Position numbers and translations under genes: made by a program. The notes under the pieces were generated by a model. It was not told the origin of the DNA. It made no database searches and was given only the letters and a program-made list of their open reading frames with translations. DNA of 64,000 nucleotides from an uncultured Phycisphaerales bacterium (lineage in GTDB: Bacteria; Planctomycetota; Phycisphaerae; Tepidisphaerales; Tepidisphaeraceae). Below, piece after piece: positions 43,620-54,088 of this stretch (positions within the stretch are counted from its first letter, which is position 1; each line of letters starts with the position of its first letter). The stretch lies in NCBI GenBank assembly GCA_963844715.1, contig CAWJPJ010000006.1, positions 320,001-384,000 of the forward strand, written 5' to 3'.

Positions 43620-44078
43620 AGGGTTTGGGGATCGGGGTTTTCGAACTCACCTGTGGCGGGACCGGTTTCCGGTCCCTCTTGAACGCAGGTTCCTCGGCGG
43701 AAATTCCGTAAGAGGGTTGACTCCATCGGCCGTGCGCGCCGACGGGGCGGTCATATGGGGAGGCTCAACGGATGGCGCTTTGACGTGGCTCAGCACGGGC
43801 GCTTCGACGTGGCTCAGCACGGGCGCTTCGACGTGGCTCAGCATGGGCGCTTGGACATGCTCAGGGGGCCTATCCGTCGGCTTTCGCTTACGGGTGTTCA
43901 GCGGGGAGTTTGACCGTTTTAAGGAGCTGGTTACCCTCGATCGCGGGTTGGTAAAGCATTCCGCAGGGTAGAACCTCCCGTTTCGCATGGGTTGCTCTGG
44001 GTGTAGGGTTTGGGTTTTGCGGTGTCGGGAAAGCGGATCGCGGTGCTGCGCACCGCCGCTAAATGGGGGAACGAACGG
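43620..44078. repeat. Dispersed element, copy B, with 24-bp tandem array
   Basis: ggcgcttcgacgtggctcagcacg x3 plus a partial unit (43774-43865). Confidence 0.85.
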
Positions 44079-44152
44079 GGCTATAGAATGGTGGCGCTGG
44101 GGATTTTTGTCCCGTATTGTCGATCGTGGAGATTGTTTGGGTGGAAGATCGA

Positions 44153-45730
44153 ATGGACGATGCTGAACTGCTGCGGGAATACGCGACGGGTCGATCCGAA
44201 AAGGCGTTTCGCGCTTTGGTGGATCGATATGTCAATCTGGTCTATTCCAGTTGCCGCCGGCAGTTGGGGGATCGGCATCTGGCGGAAGATGTGACGCAAG
44301 CGGTGTTTTTACTGCTGAGCGAAAAGATCGGGACGATCCGGCATTCGAGATTGGCCGGGTGGCTGCTGGTCACGGCGCGCTATACGTGCGCGAGAATACG
44401 AAAGATGCAATTGCAGCGGGTCCGCCGCGAAACGACGGTGGCCATGACGCGGACGCGGGATTCGGAATCGGAAACGGACGAATCGGGAAATGACGAATTG
44501 CTTGCGCTGCTCGACGACGGACTGTCTCGATTGAAGGCGGCGGACCGCGAGGCGATCGTGCTGCGGTATTTGCAGGGGCGGCCTCTTGCTCAAGTCGGAG
44601 AGTCGCTGGGAATTTCGGAAGGGGCGGCGCAGCCGCGTTGAACGCGGGGTCGACAAGTTCGCGGGTATTTCGAGCGGAAGGGAATTGCGACGCCTGCGGG
44701 GGCGCTGCCGGGGATTCTCGCGGGGCAGACGGGGGCGGCGGTTCTTTCGCACGACGTTCGGGTTTCGATCATGCATGGAATTTTCGGCGCGTGCCACGGC
44801 GGCAGCGGCGCGGCGCCTGTGGTTATTTCTCTTGCCAAGGGAACCAAGATCATGATGCAGATTGCTCGGCTTAAAATAGCGGCGGCGGCGGTCGTCATCA
44901 CGGCGGCGGTCTCGACCGCGGGTTGGTTTACGGTGAAACAGGTGATGGGGGATGGGGCGAGCGCGGCAGCGGTGAGTGCGGCGGCGCCATCCGGCAGCGG
45001 GCCTGCGGCGTCGGCGGCGCCGATCGCGCCGGCGGGTGTTGCATCGCCGGTGGCGGCCGCGGCGCCGCAGGTGGTTAAGGCGGTTCCGAACGATGGGGAC
45101 ACGAGTGTCGATCCGAGCGCGACGGAGTTGCGGGTCACGTTCGATCAGCCGATGGATACGCGAAGGTATTCGTTTGTGGGGGGCGGGCCGACGTTTCCCG
45201 GTACGGGAGCGCGGCCGCATTGGATCAATCAGACGACTATCACTTTGCCGATTGCATTAAAGCCCGGTCATTCTTATTGGCTGAGCATCAATTCGGATCA
45301 GTTTCAAAATTTTCGCAGCGCATCGGGCGCACCGGCGGTTCCGCATTCGATTTCGTTTACCACTTGGAGCGCGGCTGGTCCGGCGACGCTGGCGACGACG
45401 CCGCTGGTGGTTAAGGCGGTTCCTGACAACGGGGCGACCGACGTCGATCCCGGGCTTAAGGAGTTGCGTGTGACGTTTGATCAGCCGATGGACACGGGCG
45501 GGTATTCGTTTGTGGGGGACGGGGATCAATTTCCCGGCACGAACGCGCCGGCGCGTTGGGTCGATCAGACCACGTGCGTTTTGCCTATCGCGTTGAAGCC
45601 GGGGCATTCGTATTGGCTGAGCATTAATTCGGATCAATTTCAGAATTTTCGGAATCCGCAGGGGGAGCCGGCGACGCCTTATCCGATTTCGTTTACGACG
45701 GGGAATGCGGGGCCGGGGGGAAAGCCGTGA
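44153..45730 (+). CDS. ECF sigma factor fused to a TM helix and two Ig-like repeats (frameshifts ~44635-44790)
   Basis: DAELL..AFRALVDRY..AEDVTQAVF; REAIVLRY..LGISEGA; duplicated LRVTFDQPMD..LKPGHSYWLSIN. Confidence 0.82.
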
Positions 45731-45790
45731 GGGAAGGGCTCGCTTTGGGGGTCGTTTGATATGCGGGCGGCACTGGACGGTCGAACAATA

Positions 45791-45834
45791 CCCCCCACCC
45801 GTCCAGCGGAAACCAGCGGAGGACAGAGAGGGGG
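45791..45834. repeat. Palindromic element, intergenic copy
   Basis: ccccccacccgtccagcggaaaccagcggaggacagagaggggg. Confidence 0.75.
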
Positions 45835-45901
45835 TTCGAGGCGGCGCGAGTTTCAAAGAGAAACCGGATGGAGGCGTACATAACGGATGAAGCTGCTCTA
45901 G

Positions 45902-47276
45902 CAGGACGCTGAAAAACCCTCTTGACGAATGTTCTCGGTGGCGCTGAACTGTGTGACACCCAGACACGGAGGTCATTCATGCGAGGCAAGGCCGATCCCC
46001 AATCCATTTTGTTCATCGCGGCCATCGATCTGGAACAACGCGTCCGTCCTGATCATCCGCTGCGGGCCGTGAAGCGCATGGTCGATGAAGACTTGAAGGC
46101 CATGAGTCGGCGTTTTGATGCCGCCTACGCGGCCGAAGGCCGGCCCAGCGTGCCGCCGGAGCGGCTGATCAAGGCGTTGCTTTTGCAATCGATCTATTCG
46201 ATTCGCTCCGAGGCGCAGCTCGTGGAACGGATTGATCACGACCTGCTGTTCCGTTGGTTTTTGGACCTGCGGATCGACGAAGAGGTATTCGACGCCACCG
46301 TCTTCTCGCACAATCGCGGGCGGCTGGAAGAGCACGGGCTGATCGGCGCGTTTTTCGACGGCACGGTGCGTCGGGCCATCGCCGCGGGACTGGTCAGCCC
46401 CGACCACTTCTCGGTGGATGGCTCGCTGATCGAGGCGTATGCGTCGATCAAGAGCTTCAAACCCAGGGATGAAAAGGACAAAAAAGACAATGATGCGGGA
46501 GATAACAACGGTTTTAAGGGCCGCAACGCCGAGGTGGACTTCCACGGCCAGAAGCGGTCCAACGACACCCACGAATCAACCACCGATTCCGACGCGAAGC
46601 TGGTCCGCAAGAGCGACGGCAAGCCGGCGTTGCTCAGCCATGCGCTGCACGCGATCGTGGAGAACCGCCACGGGCTGGTGCTGGCGGTGGAAGTCAACTC
46701 GCCGCTGGAGAACAGCGAGCCGGTCACCGCGTTGTCGCTGATCGATCGGGTCAAGAAACGTTTTGGGCTCAAACCCAAGACGGTTGGGGCCGACAAGGGG
46801 TACGACCAGGGTCCGCTGTTGCGTGGGCTGGAGCGAAGAAGAATCCGTCCGCACGTGGCGGTGAAGGAGGGCAAGATCGGCGGCGACACCGCCGCCTATC
46901 GCTGGAAGAACCGAGCCAACATCGCGGCCCGCCAGCGGATGCGTCGGCGCGCCAAGACCCTCGGTTACGCCATCAGCCAGCGTTGCCGCAAGAAGATCGA
47001 GGAATGGATCGGCTGGGCCAAGACGATCGGCGGCCTGTATCGCACCCGGTTGATCGGACATTCAAAAACCGGCCAGCAGGCCCACCTGGCCGGGGCGGCG
47101 TTCAATCTGATCCGGATGCGCAACCTGAGTACCGTGTGAAACTCAACCTGGGCATGCAATCCGCCAACGAACTCGAACGAACTGAAGCCCTTGGAACGAT
47201 CCGAGATGGAACCCGCCATTGAAAAGCGGCCAACAGACAGGAAAATGCGCCAACTCCCGAGTTTTTCAGCGTCCTG
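45902..47276 (+). mobile_element. IS5-family insertion sequence
   Basis: Perfect 16-bp TIRs caggacgctgaaaaac / gtttttcagcgtcctg; CTAG at 45898-45901 and 47277-47280. Confidence 0.93.
45979..47139 (+). CDS. IS5-family DDE transposase
   Basis: DHPLR, GRPSVPPE, SIRSE.QL, FSVDGS, GADKGY, KIEE; GGAGG SD; intact frame. Confidence 0.95.
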   Translation: MRGKADPQSILFIAAIDLEQRVRPDHPLRAVKRMVDEDLKAMSRRFDAAYAAEGRPSVPPERLIKALLLQSIYSIRSEAQLVERIDHDLLFRWFLDLRIDEEVFDATVFSHNRGRLEEHGLIGAFFDGTVRRAIAAGLVSPDHFSVDGSLIEAYASIKSFKPRDEKDKKDNDAGDNNGFKGRNAEVDFHGQKRSNDTHESTTDSDAKLVRKSDGKPALLSHALHAIVENRHGLVLAVEVNSPLENSEPVTALSLIDRVKKRFGLKPKTVGADKGYDQGPLLRGLERRRIRPHVAVKEGKIGGDTAAYRWKNRANIAARQRMRRRAKTLGYAISQRCRKKIEEWIGWAKTIGGLYRTRLIGHSKTGQQAHLAGAAFNLIRMRNLSTV

Positions 47277-47612
47277 CTAGCTTGATGTGCCGGAGCGGAG
47301 GTCGAAAATCATCCGCCACAGTAGATCGACTTCGCCTTTGGCGATGAGATCGGCGGGTGCGTCGCCGTCGAAGGCGTCATTCGGCTCAGTCAGCCAATGC
47401 CCGATCGCATGTGGACGCACGATCTTGGTTAAGTTGCGTTGCAGGCGGTCCAGCTCCGTCACGCGGCGGCGAATCGCTTCGGACAACGGTCGTCCTCCCT
47501 CCAGATCGATAATTGTGCGCTCGGTCACGCCGAGGATGCGGGCCATTACCTTCTGCGTCACATGCAGTTTTTGCCGAAGAGCATCGATTCGATTGGCGGT
47601 TGCGACAGCTAT
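47277..47612 (-). CDS. Xre-HTH/MbcA-ParS-type antitoxin
   Basis: TQKVMARILGVTERTI HTH; WLTEPNDAFDGDAP; likely start is ATA47612 after GAGGT. Confidence 0.8.
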   Translation of the reverse strand: MAVATANRIDALRQKLHVTQKVMARILGVTERTIIDLEGGRPLSEAIRRRVTELDRLQRNLTKIVRPHAIGHWLTEPNDAFDGDAPADLIAKGEVDLLWRMIFDLRSGTSS

Positions 47613-47663
47613 TGGATTACCTCGCTTTAAGTATTCTCGGGCGGCGCGGAGGCAAAGTCAAAT

Positions 47664-47681
47664 TATTTCAGGAAATATTTC
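47664..47681. promoter_or_regulatory. Palindromic operator next to antitoxin -35
   Basis: TATTTC-AG-GAAATA overlapping GAAATATTTC; TTGACT adjacent on the minus strand. Confidence 0.55.
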
Positions 47682-47718
47682 ATGTTGGCTCTATGGCCCA
47701 TTGTCGGCTATTCCGGGG

Positions 47719-48302
47719 TCATCCGAGCTTATGAATATTGCGGATCGTCGCACTTGACGCGCCTCGCAGGTTGCCGGGAAACCAGGCGAGGTTTTTCCCG
47801 CCGTCGCGGGCCGGTGCGATCAAACCCTCCAGCCCGCCTTCATAGACGGCCCGCCCAATCGCCTGGGTAAGGGATTCCGCGCCCGACGATTCAGCGCCCG
47901 CCAATCGTCGCCGCGCATGCGCGTGGCGGAAACTGCCAGTGCTTTGCGGACCATGCCATCGGTGAGATCGAGGACCTTGGCGAGTTTGACATCCACGGCG
48001 ACAATCGTGCGCGGCCATGCGTCGGCCGGGTCCAGACCATAGTAAAGGTAATTTGCCTTGCTCTCCGCCAGGGCGGTGGCATCCGACAAGGCGGCGTACA
48101 CCGTCGCAAAGGAAGACGGGGGATTCCAGCGGCCGCCGTTTTTCCGACTGCCCTCGCCGGTCAACAAATCGTTCTCCGTTGCATAGGTCGGTTCGACACA
48201 TCTAAAAACTACCTGGCGCAGAGAGCCGGCCCGCGCGATGATCGTCGCCAGGCGACGGAGAAAATGCTGAAAATCGGGATGCGTGCTGAGTGCTCGGGCC
48301 AT
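47719..48302 (-). CDS. RES-domain toxin (frameshift ~47870)
   Basis: VFR, GGRWNPP, VYAA..ATALAE, VLDLTD, TQAIG..EGLIAP..NL.WFP. Confidence 0.85.
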
Positions 48303-48304
48303 AG

Positions 48305-50315
48305 CTATTTCGCCGCGGGGGAGTGATTCCAGACGGCCACATCGGCGGGGCCGAGATTTCGGGAGCCGATGAGGAATTTCGCGGACTTGGGGGCGGGGAC
48401 TTGGACCGGTTTGTCCTGGTAGTTCAGGGCGATCGTGTAGGCCCCCCGCCGGAGGAGTTGTACGCGCGGGGGGAGGGGCGTGGTTTGCAGGCGGGGTTTT
48501 CCGATGAATTTGGCGAGGGTTGCTACGAACGCGTCGATCAGGGGCTGGTCGCTATAGACGCCGAAGTAGTGGACGGAGCCGTGCTTGGTTTTTCGGCGGG
48601 TGATGGCGGGTGCGCCGGCGTAGAACTGGTTGGCGTATTTGGCGAGGACCTGGGTGCCTTTGTGGGGTGTTACCTGGTCGGCCCAGACGTTCCAGGCGTA
48701 ATTCTTGGCGTTCATTTTGATTTGGCCGGTGACGTTTTCCGGAAGGCCGTCGTAGGAGGCGATGCTGGCGCCGATGAGGGGGACGATGGGGGCGGCTAAT
48801 TGGTCTTCCCAAAGTTGGCCAGTGCGATCCATCAGGGCTGTTCGGCAGGTTAGGACCAGGTGGCCGCCGACTTGGACGTAGGTGTGGAATTGGCCGATGA
48901 CGGTTTCATCGACCATTTGCAATCCCGGCGCGACGATCAGGGGGAGATCGGTTGGCCAGACTGCGCCGGGGCGGAGGATTTTGATTCTCACGCCCAGGCG
49001 CGAAAGAGCCGCGTACCACATTTGCAGCCAGCGGCCCTGGTGCCAGCGTTTGGCCTGGGGCATGGATTCGTAGTACCAGAGCTGGTCGAAATCGAAGACG
49101 AGGCCTACGGTGTGCTTGGGGTCATACGGCTCATCCGCCCAATCGGGGATTCTGGCGGGGTCAAGTTGTTTGATTTCGTCAATGACCTGTTGGAATTGTT
49201 TGCCGCCTTCGGAGGGGGTGATGCCGTCGGGGAGGACCAGGGCGTGGTGGAAGAGTTCGATGCCGAAGCGAGGTTGGCGGAAGCGATAGGTGGTGACGAA
49301 TTCTGCGCCGTGAGCGAAGGCGGTCCAGAGCCAGAGTCGGACGGCGCCGGGGTAGAGCCGGGCGGGGACGCCGGACCAGTTGGTTTGGCCTAGTTGGACT
49401 TCGAGCATGGCCCAGCGATTTTTGTAGGAGGCCATCTGGTCGTGCATGAGGCCCAGGACCGCGGGGTCGGCGATTCGGTAGGTTTGATCTTTTGCGCCTT
49501 TTTCCCAACCCGTGACGGGGTAGCTGTCCCAGGACATGAGGGTGAGATCGGGGGCCATGTCGCCGGGGTCGCAATCCAGATGCAGGGGCATGAAATTTGT
49601 GGTCAGGAATCGATCGCCGATTTTGGGTTTTAGGATATCGGCCTGCATTTTGTTAAACTGTGCGAAAGCCCAGGACCAGAATCTCGAGGCGTCGAGATGC
49701 TGGTGGGGGTTGGCGTATTGGGGATCGCGATTGGGGGGGAAGAGGATTTGGTCGAAATCGGTGTAGTAGGTGTTCCAGAACTGGTTGCCCCAGGCGCGGT
49801 TGAGCACGGTGATGTTGCCATATTTGTTGCGGAGCCAATCGCGGAAAGCTTTGTGGGTGGTTTCGGATTGGTCGAAGAATTGGCTGTATTCGTTGTCGAT
49901 TTGCCAGCCTATGACGGAGGGGTGGTGGCCGAAGTGATCGGCCATGGCGGTAACGATTTTCCAGGTGGCTTCCTGGAATGTTTGCGACAGGGGGTTGTAG
50001 TGTCGGCGGCCGCCGAAGCGGGAGCGCGTGCCGTTGGCGTGGATGGGAAGGGTGTCGGGGGAGGAGTCGCTGAGCCAGATGGGGGGCGCGGCGGTGGGCG
50101 TGCAGAGGATGACTTTCAGGTTTCGGCGGGCGGACATTTCGAGGCATTCGTCGAGCCAATCGAATTGAAATATCGCGGGGCTGGGTTCGAGGGCGAACCA
50201 GGCGAACTCGGCCATGTGAACTATTTGTAGGCCGAGGGCGGCGATGTGATCGAAATCGCGCGTCCCACTGCGGGCGGGGCCATTGCTCGGGATAGTAGTA
50301 GGTGCCGATGCGCAT
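48305..50315 (-). CDS. Beta-galactosidase, GH42 (frameshifts ~50240-50265)
   Basis: YYYPEQWP, MAEFAW..LEP, TPTAAPP.W, WQIDNE, LNRAWG..FW. Confidence 0.9.
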
Positions 50316-52617
50316 CAGGCTTCCACGGGGATGGGTGTGGCGGCGAGCCAGGCTTTCCAGGCGATGCGGATCTGGGCTTCGATGTTCCAGGCGAGACGGC
50401 GGCCGTGCATGAGGGGGGATTCGGTCATCCACTCGCGGAAGGATTCGCGGATTTCGGCGAGGGCATCCAGGTCCTGGACGAGATCGGCGACGAGCTGGGC
50501 GTAATGCTCTTCCGATGTGGCAGCGAGTTCGGGCAATTTCAGATTCGTGAGCAGACTGAGTCCAATGCGGCTGGCGTGAATTTGACCGGCCAGTGTGATG
50601 ACAGGGACGCCCATCCACATGGCCTCGCAGCTCGTCGTCAATCCGTTATAAGGGAAGGTGTCGAGGGCGATGTCCATTTCTGCGTAGGCGCTGAGGTGCT
50701 CCTTAAGGGTTGCCGATTTGCCGCGAAGATCGATGCGGGAGGCGTCGATGCCGGCGGAGGTGAAGCGGCGCAGGAAGGCCGTGCGGGTCTCGGGGTCGGA
50801 GAGGCCGACGTTTTTGATGAGCAAGCGGCTGTTGGGGTGGGCCTGGAGAATCCGAGTCCATAAGTCGGTTACTTTTTCGTTTATTTTGGCCAGGCTGTTG
50901 AATGAACCGAAGGTGATAAAGCCGTTGGTTTTTGCGGGGAGCGCGGAAATATCCGGGGCGTCGGCCGGGGGGCGATAGCAGACGAAGCTTTTGGGGACTC
51001 GGAGGAGTTTTTCGCTGTAATAGTTCTCCGTCATGCCTGGGGGATCGGCGGTGATGTCCGTGAGGCAGTAGTCCATGGCGGAGAGGCCCGTGGTATCGGG
51101 ATAGCCGAGGTAGGTGATTTGAATGGGAGCGGGCTTTCGGGCGAAGACGAGAAGGCGATTGCCGGGGGTGTGGCCGGCGAGATCGACGAGGATGTCGATC
51201 TTGTCGGCGCGGATCATGTCGGAGAGTTTCTGATCGCTGATCCCGGAGGTGTTGCGCCACTGGTGGAAAAGCTTTTGCAATCGCGCGGTGGTCGCGTCGG
51301 TCCTTAGGAGATCAGCGTAGGCGATGGTTTCGACCTGGCTTGGATCGTGGCCGGCGAGGAGGCTTTCCATGAAGATGCCGACGGCGTGGTGTCGGAAGTT
51401 GGCTGAGACAAAGGCGACGCGCAGGCGGCGGTTGGGATCGCGGTCGAGATCGTGAGGGAGGATTTCGTAATTGAGGGGCTGGGCGTGCTTTTGATTCCAA
51501 TCGACGTGTTCGTGGAAGACGACGGCGGGACTGGTATCGTTGACGTAATGCAAGGCGTTGAGGCGGCAGCTATAGGGAAGCGGGTCGGTCGGGCGGGCGT
51601 CGATGGCTTCGTTGAATAAGGCGAGGGCATCCTGGACGCGGCCGAGCTTTAGCTGGAGATTTCCCAGCTCGCACATGACTTCGATGAAATCTTGCTGCAG
51701 CTTGATGGCGCGGGCATAGGCGACGGCGGCATCCGCGAGGTCGCCGCGGGCTTCGTGGGTTTGAGCCAGGCCGCGGAAGACCCAGGCGGTGCCGGGGCGG
51801 CGGGCGAGATTGCGCTGGTAGACGCCGATGGATTCGTCCAGTTCGCCGGCGCCGCGGAGGGCGCTGGCGAGCAAGACCTCGAGGTCCATGTCCTGATTGT
51901 GGAGATAGAGGGCGCGGCGGAACATGGCGATGGACTCGGTCCATTGGCCGCGTTCGCTGAGAAAGATGGCGAGATTTCGGCAGGCGTCGCGATAGGCGGG
52001 TTCCATGGCGACGGCGCGGCGGAGCCAGGCGATGGCGTCGTCGATCTGGCCGAGTTTTCTGAGGGTGTTGCCGAGATTTGCGGCGGCGGGCGCGAAATCA
52101 GGACGGACGGCCAAAGACTGATGATAAGTCGCGACGGCTTCTTCGAGTTTGCCTTCGATCATGAGGACGTTGGCGAGGTTGTTGAGAGCCTCGTAATAGT
52201 TGGGGCGGATGGAGATGGCCCTGCGATAGGCCTCGATGGCTTCGGGGATTTTCGCCGGCCGCATTGAGCGGCGCCGAGGTTATATAAGGCCTCGGGAAAA
52301 TCGGGTTTGAGGGCAAGGGCTTTATCGAGGGATTCCATCGCCTCCTGATACCGCATGAGATGGATCTGTACGGAGGCGAGATTGGAATAGTATTCGGGTT
52401 TGTCGGGCTGGAGAGCGATGGCTCGGCGGATGAGTTCCATGCCGGCTTCGTGCTTGCCGGTTTCGTGGATCATGTAGCCGAGGAGATGGGCGGCTTCTGC
52501 GCTGCCGGGCCGCATGGCAAGGTAGCGGCGATAGAGGGGCTCTGCCTCGGCGTATCGTGCGGCCCTGTGGTGTTCTTTGGCCGTTTCCAGCAACTGATCG
52601 ATCGACGACTCTGCCAT
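50315..52617 (-). CDS. TPR O-GlcNAc-transferase-like protein, GT41/SPINDLY family (frameshift ~52255)
   Basis: TPRs, LRVAFVS..HAV, IDILVDLAGHT, KPAPIQ..LGYP.TTG, DIALDTFPYNG.TT. Confidence 0.9.
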
Positions 52618-52737
52618 GAACCAGCAAATCCCTTCTAAAAGTCCCGTTCTGGGACCCGATTATTCCCATTAGTCGGCAAGAACGCTATAGCCGCTGCAAA
52701 AGCTGTTGGGCAACGGACATAAGGGCCTGGAAGAGAT

Positions 52738-52764
52738 TAAGTCACCACCCTCGCGGGTCGAAGT
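52738..52764 (+). promoter_or_regulatory. Possible sigma28 promoter
   Basis: TAAG-N15-GTCGAAGT versus consensus TAAA-N15-GCCGATAA. Confidence 0.45.
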
Positions 52765-52781
52765 GCGGGGTGGAGGACCGT

Positions 52782-53147
52782 ATGTCGTCTCTTTCAAGCG
52801 CGATGGGCATTGCTGCAAGCGGGATGAACGCGGCACAGACGATGCTGGGGATCGCGAGCAATAATATTGCCAACGCGAATACCCCGGACTTTATGGCGGA
52901 GGCGGCCGATTTGCAGCCGCTGCCCAGCGGCGGCGTGGGCGTGGTCGATGATCTTTCGTTTAGCGACGTGGCGGGGACGGATGGGGAATCGAACTTGGTG
53001 CTTTCGAATGAATACAAAGCGCTGGCCAATTCCCGGACGCTGTACGACGCCAACGCGGCGGTGATCAGCATTACCGATCAGATGTATGGGAATTTGCTGG
53101 ATGTGGTGAGTAATGCGACGAGTGATTCGGATGAGGATAATTCGTAG
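52782..53147 (+). CDS. Short flagellar basal-body rod/hook-like protein
   Basis: IAASGM..ASNNIANANT N-terminus; YDANA.VI...DQM.G.LLD C-terminus; GGAGG SD. Confidence 0.8.
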   Translation: MSSLSSAMGIAASGMNAAQTMLGIASNNIANANTPDFMAEAADLQPLPSGGVGVVDDLSFSDVAGTDGESNLVLSNEYKALANSRTLYDANAAVISITDQMYGNLLDVVSNATSDSDEDNS

Positions 53148-53148
53148 G

Positions 53149-53397
53149 AAATAGTTGCGAGTTGCCAGTTGCGGGTTGCCAGTAAGAGGTTAAACCGCCA
53201 AGACGCGGAGGACGCCAAGAAAACTGGTTGACCGCGGATTTCGCGGATGCGCGGATAAGAATTCAATTCTAGTTGAGACAAAGATACCAAGAGACTTAAA
53301 GACGCAGAGAGTCCGAAGCAGTGGTCTTCTCTGCATCCGTGTGCATCCGCGAAATCCGCGGTTTAAATCATGGGTTGCCAGTTGCGAGTTGGGAGTG
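53149..53397. repeat. Composite intergenic repeat, sister of 33-287
   Basis: Heptamer run, CGCCAAG module, CGCGGAT inverted pair. Confidence 0.85.
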
Positions 53398-53437
53398 GGA
53401 TGTTCGATGCCTGAGGGTTTTGTCGACTAAGATTCGG

Positions 53438-54088
53438 TCAGTTCGGGGATGAGTTGTTGCGCAGGTCTTCGAACATGGTTCGTAATTTTTCGTCAATGGT
53501 TGCGATGATCTCGTGGGAGTCCATTTCTGAGAGGTTCATTGGGGGGCCGAATTTTACTCTTACGGGTCGGCGGCGGGGCCAGCGGCGGTGAATGGGCCAG
53601 GCTTCGAATGAGCCTACGATGACGGCGGGGACGACGGGGACGTTGGTGCGGTGAACGATCAGGGCGACGCCTTTTTGCAGGGGTGCGATTCGGCCGTCCT
53701 CGGTGCGCGAACCTTCGGGAAACATGTTGAGAAGATGGCCTTGCTGGAGGCGATGGATGGTCTCCTTGACGGCCCCGATGTCGCCGGCGCCCTGGCGGAC
53801 TGGAAAAGCGTTGAGTAAATGAAGCAGCCAGGACGACCAGGGGCCCTGGAAGAGTTCTGACTTGGCAATGTAACTGATGGGGCGATCGAGCCAGACGGCA
53901 ATCACGACGGGGTCGAGATTGCCCTGGTGATTGGAGACGATGAGGACGCCGCCGTGGGCGGGGATGTTTCGGCGTCCAAAGACTTTCAGATCGAAGAGAA
54001 TCGTGGTCAGAATTCGGGCGATGATCTGGAGGAATTTCCAGGTGAACGATCGTTCTTTGGAATTGTTGTTCACTGAGTGATTATTCAC
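53438..54088 (-). CDS. Lysophospholipid acyltransferase (PlsC-like)
   Basis: SNHQGNLD, AKSELF, FPEGSRT. Confidence 0.9.
   Translation of the reverse strand: MNNHSVNNNSKERSFTWKFLQIIARILTTILFDLKVFGRRNIPAHGGVLIVSNHQGNLDPVVIAVWLDRPISYIAKSELFQGPWSSWLLHLLNAFPVRQGAGDIGAVKETIHRLQQGHLLNMFPEGSRTEDGRIAPLQKGVALIVHRTNVPVVPAVIVGSFEAWPIHRRWPRRRPVRVKFGPPMNLSEMDSHEIIATIDEKLRTMFEDLRNNSSPN

Noticed and set aside
43774..43865. 24-bp repeats as a CRISPR array
   Set aside because: Head-to-tail units with no spacers and no cas genes
41620..44078. Element copies as DGR template/variable repeats or integron attC sites
   Set aside because: Differences are not adenine-restricted, there is no reverse transcriptase or integrase, and I saw no RYYYAAC/GTTRRRY boxes
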